From the human T2T-CHM13v2.0 reference genome, Homo sapiens: a stretch of 64,000 nt of DNA. The DNA lies in assembly GCF_009914755.1 (NCBI RefSeq), contig NC_060935.1; one strand, 5' to 3'. The notes beneath the pieces were generated by a model. That model did not search any database. It was given only the letters and a program-made list of their open reading frames with translations, and was not told where the DNA came from. Shown piece after piece: positions 52,453 through 64,000 of this stretch. The position numbers and the translations under genes are program-made. How positions within the stretch are numbered: the stretch's first letter is position 1; each line of letters starts with the position of its first letter.

Positions 52453-55400
52453 TTAAAAATGGAGCTCTCACAGACCATTATTTTCTTGATCCTTTGGTGC
52501 ATTTACTTTGGGTTGCCTAGGAACTCCTCCGTCTGTGGATTTACCTTGTAGAGTCAGAGGGGATGATTGGGGAACCTGCATGGCGATGTGGGTTTTGAGC
52601 CTCTTTGGAATTCAAACAATACTGATTTACCAGAACAAGAAAATTTGGCTTTGGCCCCAATACAGGCTGAGAAAGTTCATCTTTTTAAAAGGGGCCAGTT
52701 CTTGATTAGTTAGGGTACTGGAATGGTCCAGGGAGGGATAACTCAGGCCATTTGCTTTGCCTCCTTCCCTTTCTTTCTGTCTGATCTTTGGCCAGTTCAT
52801 GGCTTTCTAATCCTGCCACTGGGGGATGAAGGAAGATTAAACTTGTCCCGTTGCCTTTGCATGTTATGAGCTCTCCAGAAAAAGTTTGCATGGGAATGGC
52901 CGAAGATGTGGCAAGTTAAAGCAAAATCAATACACAGTTTACTATCCATGTCTTTCTGCTACCCTGCAAATTTTCTTCCTCTCCATGTAATCTCTTTATT
53001 GCAGCCTAGGAACTTTGTCAAGGGCTCCATGACCAGGGTCTTTAGGAAACTCCAAAGACCTGAGATTTCACCAGCAGAAATGACAGCTGTTCCAAAAACA
53101 GAAAGGAGGTAATTTCTTGTGTTTCAAATTTCTCCAAAGGTGAGAGTTAAGACTCACTCTCAAGATCTTTATGTCACATAGGTAATGAGAGGAAGGGGTA
53201 GCATTTTAACAGATCACATTCCCAAGGCCAATCCAACGGGAGGGCTGGAATTTGGGGAGGCTGCAGGGAGCAGGACTTTGGTGCCGCAATCACTGGTTAC
53301 CCTGTAATAGTATCTCAGGAGACTTTCCTGGTTACTGAGGACCAGAACTGTAGCTGATTTTCAGCCCAATACTTGGTGGGTTCTGTGGAGTCCAGCATTC
53401 AAAGCCCTACCATCGAGTGTGACTTCAGTGTCACAGGCAGATGGTGTCACCAAGGCATAATGACTCCTGACCTGTGGCTCTGCTCTTCCTCCTTTCTCTT
53501 CCTCTCTCCCCTTCCCTGGGGGCCTGTGGTCCAGAGCTGCATTCCTTTGTTATCACACTTCCTTCCACAGACTGCACACGCCTGTTCAGGACACCAAGCT
53601 GTGTGAAAGCACTCCAGGCTGGTGGGAATACCGCTCCCAGAAAGAATCTGACTTGTTTCAGAAGCTTATCTTCTGGCACTTGCTCTTCCAAAGAAAAAGG
53701 CTGCAGCAGGAGGATAAAAGAGGCAATCCAGGAGTGTGTGAGATGGAGCCAGTTACATGCATCTCAGCCCAGGGAGGGAGTGAGGAGGGAATGAATGCGG
53801 CCTAAGTCCCTCACCTGCAATGTGTAAGAGATAAATGAACCTGCTCACCCTCCCTCTCACCCAGCCACATTCAGGGTCATTTGCTGTAGCTCAGGTGGCT
53901 GCGGCTAGGGTGGGGTTGCCAGGTGGAATAATGGTCATGCACAGCTGCCCCTCCACAGGGGCTGAGCCCAGGGTGGCTTCACTGGAAGAGGGTGTGGGAC
54001 AAGCTGGGTATCCTGGCTGACATCTCTGCTAGCTGTCGGAAAGTTGAGTGAGGGATGGGGTAGCTGTATCTGTGTGTGTATATGTGAGAGAGTGTGTGTT
54101 TGCTGGGTCCTCGTATGTGTTTGTTTCAGATGGATGTGTGTGGGTTTGAGGCCAGGGGAATGGTGAGTCAGGGCAGCCCTGGGGGCAGGGAGGGGTGGGT
54201 GTGAGCAGGGGGAGTGAAGTGGCTGCAGCAGGAACAGGGGAGGCATGCGGAACATGGGTGGCATGAGAGCTGACGCTACGACTGAATGGATTTTGAAAGG
54301 TCTTTGTCTGCCTCAATTAAAAGGATAGATCCTTTTTTTCTTTAAGGCTGAATAAATAATTTTTTCCCTTTTCTTCTTTGGTTCTTTTCATATAACAATT
54401 TGTCAAACTCCGTCAAAAACAAACACAAACAGAAAAACCCAAAAGTCTTCTTGAATGGGTTCAAGGTGCAGGAGGCACAGCTGAGCTGTGGGGAGCAGCG
54501 GTGCAGGAGCGGGGTGCTCGGTGGACTCTGGACCTGCTCTTGGGGCTGCTGGCCCCCTTCTTGCCCGTGTGGCCAGGGCAGCCCTTTGGAAAAGCTGTGC
54601 TGTAGCTTCATCTTTTGTTTTGGCTTTTATTGGCATATTCTTTTGTTCTCTTTAACTGCATCCAATCAAATTGGCACATCTGAGGTTCGGGAAGATGGTT
54701 TGGAGCCATTCCATTACTCTGCCTATCGAATTCTGGGATTTCTGCTTCCTGCCCTGTCCTGTCTTCTGTCCCCAGCTCACCCGGCCCCTACTGATGTCAT
54801 GCTTTATCAGCTTTCCACTGTGCATGTAACTCTGCCTGGCATTTGGTATTGGGGTGGGTGTGGTGCTTTGAGAGAGGCACAGCAGAACCACTGAGAGAAA
54901 GGACGGTGTTTTTCCGTTTAGACCCTCATTCATCCCCTCCTTTCTCTATTTTGCAGGTGCAGAACATTGAGTTATGGGGGTCCAGGGTAAACTTGGCTAC
55001 CTTGGTAAACATGGCTACAAGGTAAACATGGCTGCTTTAACGAACCAGGAATCAGTGTGGCTTTCTGATTCCTCATTTGGTTCTTGGAACACTTATTTCC
55101 TTTTCTTACCCAATTTTAGCTACTCAGGGACAGTAGAATCATAAAATTTTACAGTTGGAGGGATGCTTAAAGAACATTAGCATACAGGGGTCTTCAAACA
55201 GCGATGTGGAGAAACCCCTCAGAAGTCACCCACTCCACCTCTCAGAGCAGCGCCGTGCTTACTGATTTTGTAGCTTGAGCTTTGGCAAGTTGGGAACCCA
55301 TCTGGTGTATTTCACGCACCTTTCATATTTAAAAGATGAGTAACATAAACCCGTCAATTAAGAGAAAAAATACCAGACACAAACATTTTTAATCAAGAGG

Positions 55401-55639
55401 CCTACTTACTTATTCACTACTGAAAAAAATACCCAAACTGAAGCCCTAATATTTTAAGATTTAGGTGACATTTATTAAAACAAGAATTGAAAATGCTTTA
55501 CATAATCCTGGGGGAAAACAATCTGAATTTTTTTATATAAAATGCTTTTTTGGGGGGGGGGCAGAATAAGAGAAGGTTGTTATTCCTACAAACGAACAAA
55601 GCACAGGACAAGCTTCATTTTTATATTCTTAAGAACATA

Positions 55640-55962
<323 letters not shown>

Positions 55963-56435
55963 CATAAATGGTGGTGACATAGTCACAGAAGATAAGGTTT
56001 AAATGTTGAATACCAATGTTAAGGCTGATGATTAAACAACTTCATTAGGGACAAGTGATTTTCTTCAGGTGTTGAAAGTAAGTCTGGGATGACCAACTGG
56101 TGAAAGAAAGGCTTGGTGATCACCTGGTGTTATTTCCCACCATGTCTTCTTCTCTGCTAGAAATACTTGGCTGTTGTGATTCTCACCTGAAAGATCTCAC
56201 TTGGCCTCCAAGAAAGGGGATGGGTAGCCACATTTAAAACAAAACAAAACAAACAGTCAGAGAATCCTCTTTGAAGCTCATCTATGCAACTGTGGACTAA
56301 AATCTAATTTCAACATATTCTAATATTTCTCAGCAGTAGCTTGAAACAATTGAGAATTCTTTAAATTTTAGACCCCAGAAAATATCAGCATTCTGCTCAC
56401 CCATTCCATCTATCTATCTATTTTACCTTTCATTA

Positions 56436-56819
56436 ATTCTTAGTCCATCTGTGCTGCTATAACAGAATGCCTCAGATTGGACAATTATAACAAATAGAAA
56501 TGTATTGGTTCACAGTTCTGGAAGCTGGGAAGTCCAATTCCAAGGTGCCAGCATCTGGTGAAGGCCTTCTTACTGGGTCGAAATGTGGCAGAAGGCGTCG
56601 TATGGCAGAAGGGCAAGGGGAGGGTGAGAGAGGGCAAGAGAGAGGGCTGAACTCATCCTTTATAAGGAACCCACCCTCATTAATGGCATTAGTCCATTCA
56701 CAGACAGAGCCCTCGTGGTCTAATCACCTCTTAGGGGTCCCACCTCTCAACACTGTTACAATGGCAATTTGTAAGTTTCAATAAAAGTTTTGGAGGGGAC
56801 AGACATTCGAGCCATAGCA
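56436..56819 (-). mobile_element. MST/MLT1-type MaLR solo LTR (MSTC/D-like)
   Basis: tcttagtccatctgtgctgctataaca...ctgggaagtcca...ggaggggacagacattcgagccatagca. Confidence 0.8.
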
Positions 56820-58161
56820 AATTCCTTCACTTGTTCAAAAATTACTGGAATCTAGGAAACTTTCAACATGGAATTTGGAGGAACCATACAGATTTTCTGG
56901 TTCAGTGGTTGCAAACTATTCTCTGGGGTGGGAGTAAAGAGAGAGAGAGAGAGAAAGAGAGAGTTAAGGGGAAGCAGGTGGTGCCAAGTAAATGTCTTTG
57001 GGCTCCCCCGCCCTGCCTCACCCAGAGAGGCCATCCTGTGGTTGGCTGCTCACAGTACACTGGCCTGGTAGAGCTTTGTAAACTACAGGCAGTGATGCAA
57101 GCAGACCTTAACTCTGATTAAGTCATGTTTTTCAAACTTTTATTTAGCAATGGAATTATTTTTTTTTTCTCCACAAGGTCACCTGGTTATATCTACATTA
57201 TTTATACTATATATTACATGTGATAAAATATATGTGATAAATAAAATACAGAAAATACGTAAAACCAGTATGGACCTGATGAAAGAAAGGGTGAAGGGTC
57301 AGACTCCTGTCAACTTTGCTCTCCTTGGTCTTCTCAGCTCCTTTATATAACTTTAGGTTTCGGGACACAGCATGGAAACCACTACTCTAGACGACAGGTA
57401 CGTACAGAAAATGTTGTGTGTAAGTGGGGTCTTTGCAGATGAATGAACATCTTATTTGCCCAAGGGGACCCTCTGTGTTTTTGGCTGCAAACTAAACAGA
57501 CTCATGAAGGAATACTTTAGAGAGACTGTGAAGCTGCATTTCTAATCAGGGAGTATAGCTGGAGCCCCTGAGAAGCAGAGGGGTAGATGGGCCAGCTTGT
57601 TTAAGATCAGCAGGTTACTGGGTACAGCCTGTGGTGAAACTCATTGTGAAAGTGAGTGAGTGTGTCGTTGGAAACACAAAGAAGCCAAGCTGAATGCCGC
57701 CCGAGGCACTAAGCTAGTGGTAGCTCCAGCAAATCCCCAGGATGATGTTGGTGTATACATGGCATGGAAAGACTTCAGGTCACCACCAGTGCCCTCAAAA
57801 GTCCATTTTCTGACACTAAGTCCAATGATTTGCTCTTTTTGCCCCTGCCTCCGGCTCTGTCTCCTTCCATTGGCCTCACTCTGCACCTGTCCCACAGGCA
57901 GGCAGTGGCATCCTCAGCTCCCGGACTGCTGGGGCCACCAGGTCAGCTGGCCCCTCACCCTTGCTTGGACATTTGGTTTGCATGCTGAAATCAGGATTCC
58001 TGAGTGACGTGAGGTCAGGCCCAGGATGGAGAGTCACAAGGAAGAGGTGGAATTCCATAGGTGGAGGTTGAAGAAAGTGTTTGGTTCCAGCTGGGGACTA
58101 GAGAGCAATGAGATTTTTAATTTTTTAATCCAACTATAAGATTTTCTGAATTAAAACTACC

Positions 58162-58745
58162 TGATATGCTTTGGATGTTTGTCCCCTCCAAATCACATGT
58201 TGAACTGTGACCCCTAGTGTTAAAGGTGGGTTCTGGTGGAAGGTTTTGGATCATAGGGTGGACCCCTTGCCAATGGCTTAGAATCACATGTTGAACTGTG
58301 ACCCCTAGTGTTAAAGGGGGGTTCTGGTGGAAGGTTTTGGATCATAGGGTGGACCCCTTGCCAATGGCTTAGAATCACATGTTGAACTGTGACCCCTAGT
58401 GTTAAAGGGGGGTTCTGGTGGAAGGTTTTGGATCATAGGGTGGACCCCTTGCCAATGGCTTGGCGTCGTCCCCTTAGTCGAGTGCGTTCTCAGTTAGTTC
58501 ACACCAGATCCGATTGTTCAAGAGTCTGGGACCTCCTCCCCTTCTCTCTTGCTTCCTCTCAAGCCATGTGACATGCCTGCCCCCACTTTGCCTCCCACCA
58601 CAATTGGAAGCTTCCTGAGGCCTTCACCAGAGGCAGATACTGGCACCATGCTTCCTATACAGCCTGCAGAACGGTGAGCCAATTAAACCTCTTTTCTTAC
58701 CCAACCTCAAATATACGTTTATAGTAGTGCAAATGGACTCCTACA
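58162..58745 (+). mobile_element. MST (MSTB-like) solo LTR with an internal 91-bp triplication
   Basis: tgatatgctttggatgtttgtcccctccaaatc...cagcctgcagaacggtgagccaattaaacctc...taca. Confidence 0.85.
58191..58461. repeat. 91-bp tandem repeat, ~3 copies
   Basis: Units start at 58191, 58282 and 58373; near-identical. Confidence 0.95.
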
Positions 58746-61311
58746 CCACTGACAGAGATTTTGTGGCTCATCTGATTGCTCTTTTTTACTCTAGGGAAAT
58801 CTTTGAACACCTCAGTTTGTCAGTGGCCACATCTGTACAACGGGCTACTGGAAATGTGCTCACCTTCAGAAGATGCTATTTCAAACCCACGCATTTGCCC
58901 TGAGCCATCTGCTTTCTAGATGGCCCATCTTGTAGCAACTCATAGATGACTTTTTCAGATACTTGGTTGGGGGCGGGGTCAAGACCGTGTTTTGAGAATA
59001 GACTTTTTCCCTGTGGGAAACTGAAAGGCTTGTGGTGTAATGAACCCTGGCCTGGGGCCTCCTTTGCACAGTTAATTAATTCCAACGACAAATATTTACT
59101 GTGCATCGAGCGTAGCAGGCAGTGCCCTGACTGATTAAGATGATCTGATATGGTAATGCAGGGTGGACTTGAGAAATTAATGATTTTAAAATGTAGTTAG
59201 CAACCTAGGGTTCTGGAGGGACAATGCCAGACTTTCTTCTGGTGTTCAAACCGTCCCAGACTGTGAAGGAACTGGTCCGTGATGTCTGCCTGGGCTGCTT
59301 TGCCTCTGCTCCATAGCTGAGGGAAGGGGCAGCTCTTGGCTCTCTGCCAGTGTTTGTAATCCGCACAGCAGGCTCCCATGTCTTCTGGGTGGGCCTGCAT
59401 CTTTTGTTACATATTTGTCCCCGAATCCAGACCACTTCTGAGCTCTCTGGGGAGAATGTGCCCAAGAGCTGTTCAGTGGGGTGGGCAGGCTGGTGGAAGT
59501 CCTCAAGCCTAATTTGTTCCGCTTCCCTTCAGCCCTTCAGTCCTAATTCATTTGTTTGTATTTGGGGGAAAAAAAATCTCTCATTATTGTCTATCCTTTA
59601 TTTCCTGGAATTCAACATGAAAGTTGTCATTGTTTTAGTTTGTGGCCTCCAAAGAAATAAACCATTTGAGCAACAACTGCAACAATAGCAACAATTCTTC
59701 ATGGCATGGGCGTCAGACCGGTTGACTTTGGAATCTAGGTGTCCATTTTGTTAGAATTGAATGTGCACTGGGTTTGGGGTGGGTGTGAGGGAGGCTGTAT
59801 TTATTTTTGAACTTCTTTCGCCCATAATGAAAACCAGCTGCCTCTCCAACAAGTGCATTACTCTTCCCATAGAAAGCCTCATGGACAGACTGAAGCTACA
59901 GGGGTGGCAAGTCACATAGATGGATGTTTCTAATTTGATCTAGTGAGCTTCACCCTCTATCTCTCGGTCCTCCAGTCCTTGCTCGTGGGTTGATGGACAC
60001 CTTGTCTCCTTCCATACTTGTGGAACCTAGGGGTACTTTTAGTTAGTGGAGGAGAAATGTGTCTCTTCTCCCCACTGATTCGCCAGGGTGGACATGGAGG
60101 GGACCTCCCCACCCTGGGAAAGGTGGCCCCATTCAGCTTGAGTCTGGAGTGAGACCAAACTTTCCTGCCTGCTGCATACAACTTCAACTCCAAGTCCAAG
60201 CTGGGCCCGTTATTTTGGCTGCTTGGAGAACATTCCTTCCCATGTGCTGATGCATCAGGGTATCTCCAGCTTCCTTTTCTCTGGAGGGGTGGCACTGAGT
60301 TAAAATCCTTCCCTAGGTGCATGGGCAGACGAGTAGGAGGGCTGAGGTGCAGGAAACGCAGCCGAGTGGAGAGCAGGACGGCAGACAGTGCTGTGCTGGC
60401 CACCTCTGTGGGTCTGGCCACAGGAGAATGCACAAGAATGATTTACTAGGTGCTTCCTCACCTCTCATGGGTGGTGCCGGGAGATGATGGAATGCGCTTT
60501 TTTCCCCGTAAGAGAATGCTTTTGGCAGAGACATTTCCCAGTTATTAAAAAACGGGGCAATGAGGTGAGCTATAAATGCAAACCTCCATATAGGAAAATC
60601 CAGAAGAAATGAGTAAGGACGAGGTGATGCAGTGGAGATTGTGGGGAGAGAGAAAAGATTAAAAACAGGCGAAGAGAAGAACAATGAAGCTGTGTTGAGA
60701 CTGAATGGGAGAGAGCGGGAGTTCTGTAAAGGCAAGAAAAACATCAGCAATGGAGTCAAGGAAAGCTCAGCGGTGACTTTGCTCCTTGCCCGCAGTGTAG
60801 AAGCAGATAGAAGGCTGGGGAGGGGTTGACTAGGCAGGTTGAATTTGTAGGTCAGTGGAAGAAACAGCAAGAATGAGAAAAAGGAGCTCGGGGTGCTTAG
60901 GTCATTGGACACCCTTGAAGCTGTGGGTAATGTGCACTGCGGAAAGATTTGGGCGAATTTCCACAGAACCAATTCTGAGAACACGATATGGTGTGTCTTG
61001 ACTCTTTATGGGGGGACGTGCCTTGTAGGACCAGAGAAATGCGCACAGCTTAGCCTTTACAGCTATATCCAGTTTCCACGGAGTTCTCGTTCTTTCCTGG
61101 TTCCCATAACGCTTGTCTGTGTTCAAATATATTTACCTCTTGATACTCTATTCAGCATAGTGAATTGTTCCTGTTATTCGCTGAGTTCTTTTTAGTGTAT
61201 TTTCTCATTCTTTACAAGTCTGAGATTCTTAGGGACAAGGAGAGTGTCTTGTATTTCTTTTGTGTTATTCACAGTCTTGCAGAGTGGTGAGGAAAGGGTA
61301 GGTGTAGACAG

Positions 61312-61709
61312 CGTGAAATTAAATCGGACCTAAAGCTGCCTCCTACGTATTTCAGGTTTGGCCTGAAGGTTTCTGCACACCCAGCCAACTGCCACCTAAC
61401 AGGATGCGTAAACAGACTGTAACCTCCTAGTAACAAGTCACTGAGTCTCAGCCAGTCACAGGCGGTAACTGTTCAAACCCTGCTCAAATCAGGCAAACAC
61501 TGAACTGTAACCAGTCTGGCTGTTTCTGCACCCCACTTCCATTTTCTGTCCATCACCTTCTGTTTCCTATCTGTAAATGTTATCTGACCCTGTGGCAGCC
61601 CTGCGGTTGCTCTGAACCTGTTCTGGTTCTGGGGGCTGCCTGATTTGTGAACTGTTCTTTGCTCAGTTGAACTCTTAAATTTGACTTGTCTAAAGTTTTT
61701 CTTTTAACA
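61312..61709 (+). mobile_element. MER57-family ERV1 solo LTR
   Basis: aaattaa...cctaaagctgcctcc...taaacagactgtaacc...aaagtttttcttttaaca. Confidence 0.8.
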
Positions 61710-61774
61710 ATGGACAGTGCTGAAATGAGGACTCTGTAGGAGAAAACCAGCCAGCCAGGCTGCCCCTTCCCACC

Positions 61775-62500
61775 TCTCACTTCCTTCCCACATTTATTGA
61801 ATGCTTACTGTGTGCGATGCCCTGTTCTAGGCCCTGGACACGAGCAGTCAACAGACAGATGAGCTCTGGTGAAGCTTCCGTGTCAGTGGGAGAGAAAGGC
61901 AGGACAGCAGAAGGAGTGCACGCACAAACGCTCCAAGCAGGGATCAGTGCTATCAGGGTGAGAAGGGGAGAGAGGGCCAAGGGGCTGCAGGAGAGGGTGT
62001 GTGACTGCAGTTTACACAGGGTACAGGGAATGTCCTTTTTCTTTCCAATGTCAGTGACACTTGCTTAGAGACCTGAATGAAACAGGAGGCTCTTTGGTGG
62101 AGAAGCCATGCTCACGGGAGCAGGGAGGTGCTGAGGAGAAAGGTGCCAGTGTGCTCAGAGGACAAGGAGGAGGCTGTGGGCTGGAGCGGAGTCAGGAGGG
62201 GTGGATGAGATCAGAGAGGGAACAGGGGCTGGACCACCGCAGTTCTTGTAGTCACAGCAAGTGAGGATATAGGATCCTTTTCTGGGTGAGGTAGAAGCTT
62301 CGGGGTGGAGGAGGGACTGAGACCACTGGGGCTGAAAGAGTTGAGAGGCAGGAATGGGTGGTGGCTTGGGCCAGGTGGGCGTGACTGAAATGAAAGAAGT
62401 GGTTGGATTCTGGATCTTTTTGGAAGATGGAGCTGACAACATTCGCCCATCTGAGGAATGAAAGAAGGAGGGGAGTTGAGGATGACTCAGGGTTTTTGGC
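61775..62500 (-). mobile_element. L2 fragment
   Basis: catttattgaatgcttactgtgtgcgatgccctgttctagg; gagttgaggatgactcagggtttttggc. Confidence 0.7.
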
Positions 62501-62872
62501 TTTGTCAGAAGATGTGTTTAGCTTGAGCTTTGGGACTGGACAAGTTGTTGAGCAAAGGAAGCACTGGAATGAGCCTACACCTTGATTTCCTCAGTGACTT
62601 GCTGGAATGGTGTGTACATGCATGGTTGTTGCCAAACTCTGCCTCAGGTCAGATGAGGATGCTGAGGTAACAGGCTCAGAGGAGTTATTCACTCCACAAA
62701 TGTGTATAGAGTATCCGTTACAGCAGGATTCTAGATGATATTTTAGGTTGTTTTGCCTCCTTTATCCAGGCAGAGTCTGCTATTGTTTTGGGACCAGAAC
62801 TCATTCTGAGTAAAAGAAAAAAAAAGTCTAATCCAATTCCACTTCATTGTTGCTGCAGGGTGGTCAGGGCAG

Positions 62873-63874
62873 TTTATTTTATTTTGAGTTCCAGGGTACA
62901 TGTGCAGGATGTACAAGTTTGTTACACAGGTAAACGTGTGTCATGGTGGTTTGCGGCACCTATCAACCCATCACCTAAGTATTAAGTCCCGCATGGGCAT
63001 GCATTAGCTATTTTTCCTGAGGCTCTCTCTCCCCTGTCCTCCTGCCATCTCCGCAACAGGCCCCAGAGTGTGTTGTTTCCCTCCCTGTGTCCATGTGTTC
63101 TCATTGTTCAGCTCCCACTTATGAGTGAGAATGTGTGGTGTTTAGTTTTCTGTTCCTGCTTTAGTTTGCTGAGGATAATGGCTTCCAGCTCCATCCATAT
63201 CCCTGCAAAAGACATGATCTCATTCATTTTTATGGCTGCATGGTATTCCATGGTGTATATGTGCCACATTGTCTTCATCCAGTCTATCATTGATGGGCAT
63301 TTGGGTTGATTCCATGTCTTTGCTATTGTGAATAATGCTGCAATGAATATATCTGTGCATGTATCTTTATAGTAGAATAAGTTATATTCCTTTGGGTATA
63401 TACCCAGTAATGGGATTGCTGGGTCAGATGGTATTTCTGGTTCTAGGTTTTTGCGGAATCGCCACACTGTCTTCTACAATGGTTGAACTAATTTACATTC
63501 CCACCAACCATGTAAAAGCGTTCCTATCTCTCCTCAGCCTCGCCACCATCTGCTATTTCTTGACTTTTTAATAATTGCCTTTCTGACTGGTGTGGGATGG
63601 CATCTCACTGTGGTTTTGATTTGCGCTTCTGTAATGATCAGTGATGTTGAGGTTTTTTCATATGTTTGTTGGTCACATAAATGTCTGTTTTTGAGGAGTC
63701 TCTATTCATGTCCTTTGTCCACTCTTTAATGAGGTTGTTTGGTTTTTTTCTTGTAAATTTGTTTAAGTTCCTTGTAGACTCTGGATGTTAGGCCTTTGTC
63801 AGATGGACAGGTTGCAAAACAGGTTGCAAACATTTTCTCCCATTCTATAGGTTGTCTATTTGCTCTGACGATAG
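62873..63874 (-). mobile_element. L1PA (older primate) 3' end
   Basis: ORF 63108-63467 (DPAIPLLGIYPKE...FIAALFTIAKTWNQPKCPS...) is the ORF2 C-terminus; gggtacatgtgcaggatg L1PA 3' UTR. Confidence 0.92.

Positions 63875-64000
<126 letters not shown>

Noticed and set aside
54400-54894. 164-aa ORF
   Set aside because: Non-ATG start, begins in an A-rich low-complexity tract, no recognisable homology
58191-58461. Regularly spaced repeats as a possible CRISPR-like array
   Set aside because: Head-to-tail units with no unique spacers, in mammalian LTR sequence
60313-60984. Longest ORF (223 aa, minus strand)
   Set aside because: Ser/Leu/Phe/Pro-rich composition is what the complement of a purine-rich tract gives; no recognisable domain or supporting exon structure

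Overview
Primate (most likely human) genomic DNA. No intact protein-coding exon is visible. The first ~2.36 kb looks like the distal 3' UTR of a + strand gene: it has a canonical poly(A) signal at 2340 and several miRNA seed matches, and is tentatively ADAMTS15 from recollection only. The rest is intergenic. It contains ancient L2/MIR fragments, a full-length Tigger3b-type DNA transposon, and a ~18.5 kb nested block (16.9-35.4 kb) of two minus-strand L1M elements. That block holds an Hsmar2 mariner with both TIRs, many Alus, a full LTR-internal-LTR MST (MaLR) provirus and a THE1 solo LTR. Further on are solo LTRs (MLT2, LTR8, MST, MER57), MER5A, MER8 and young L1 3' ends. The ORFs with recognisable homology are transposon remnants (L1 ORF2, Hsmar2 transposase, MaLR internal ORF, Alu frames); the others look like chance ORFs. 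I found no convincing novel multi-gene system. The most interesting signals are local: a candidate two-exon spliced unit just downstream of the poly(A) site, a 27-bp inverted repeat with an AAGUGCU seed, recent tandem duplications (210 bp x2, 91 bp x3), a template-switch-like insertion, Alu-associated damage to Hsmar2, and several motif clusters. Repeat subfamily names come from recalled consensus sequences, not from a RepeatMasker run.
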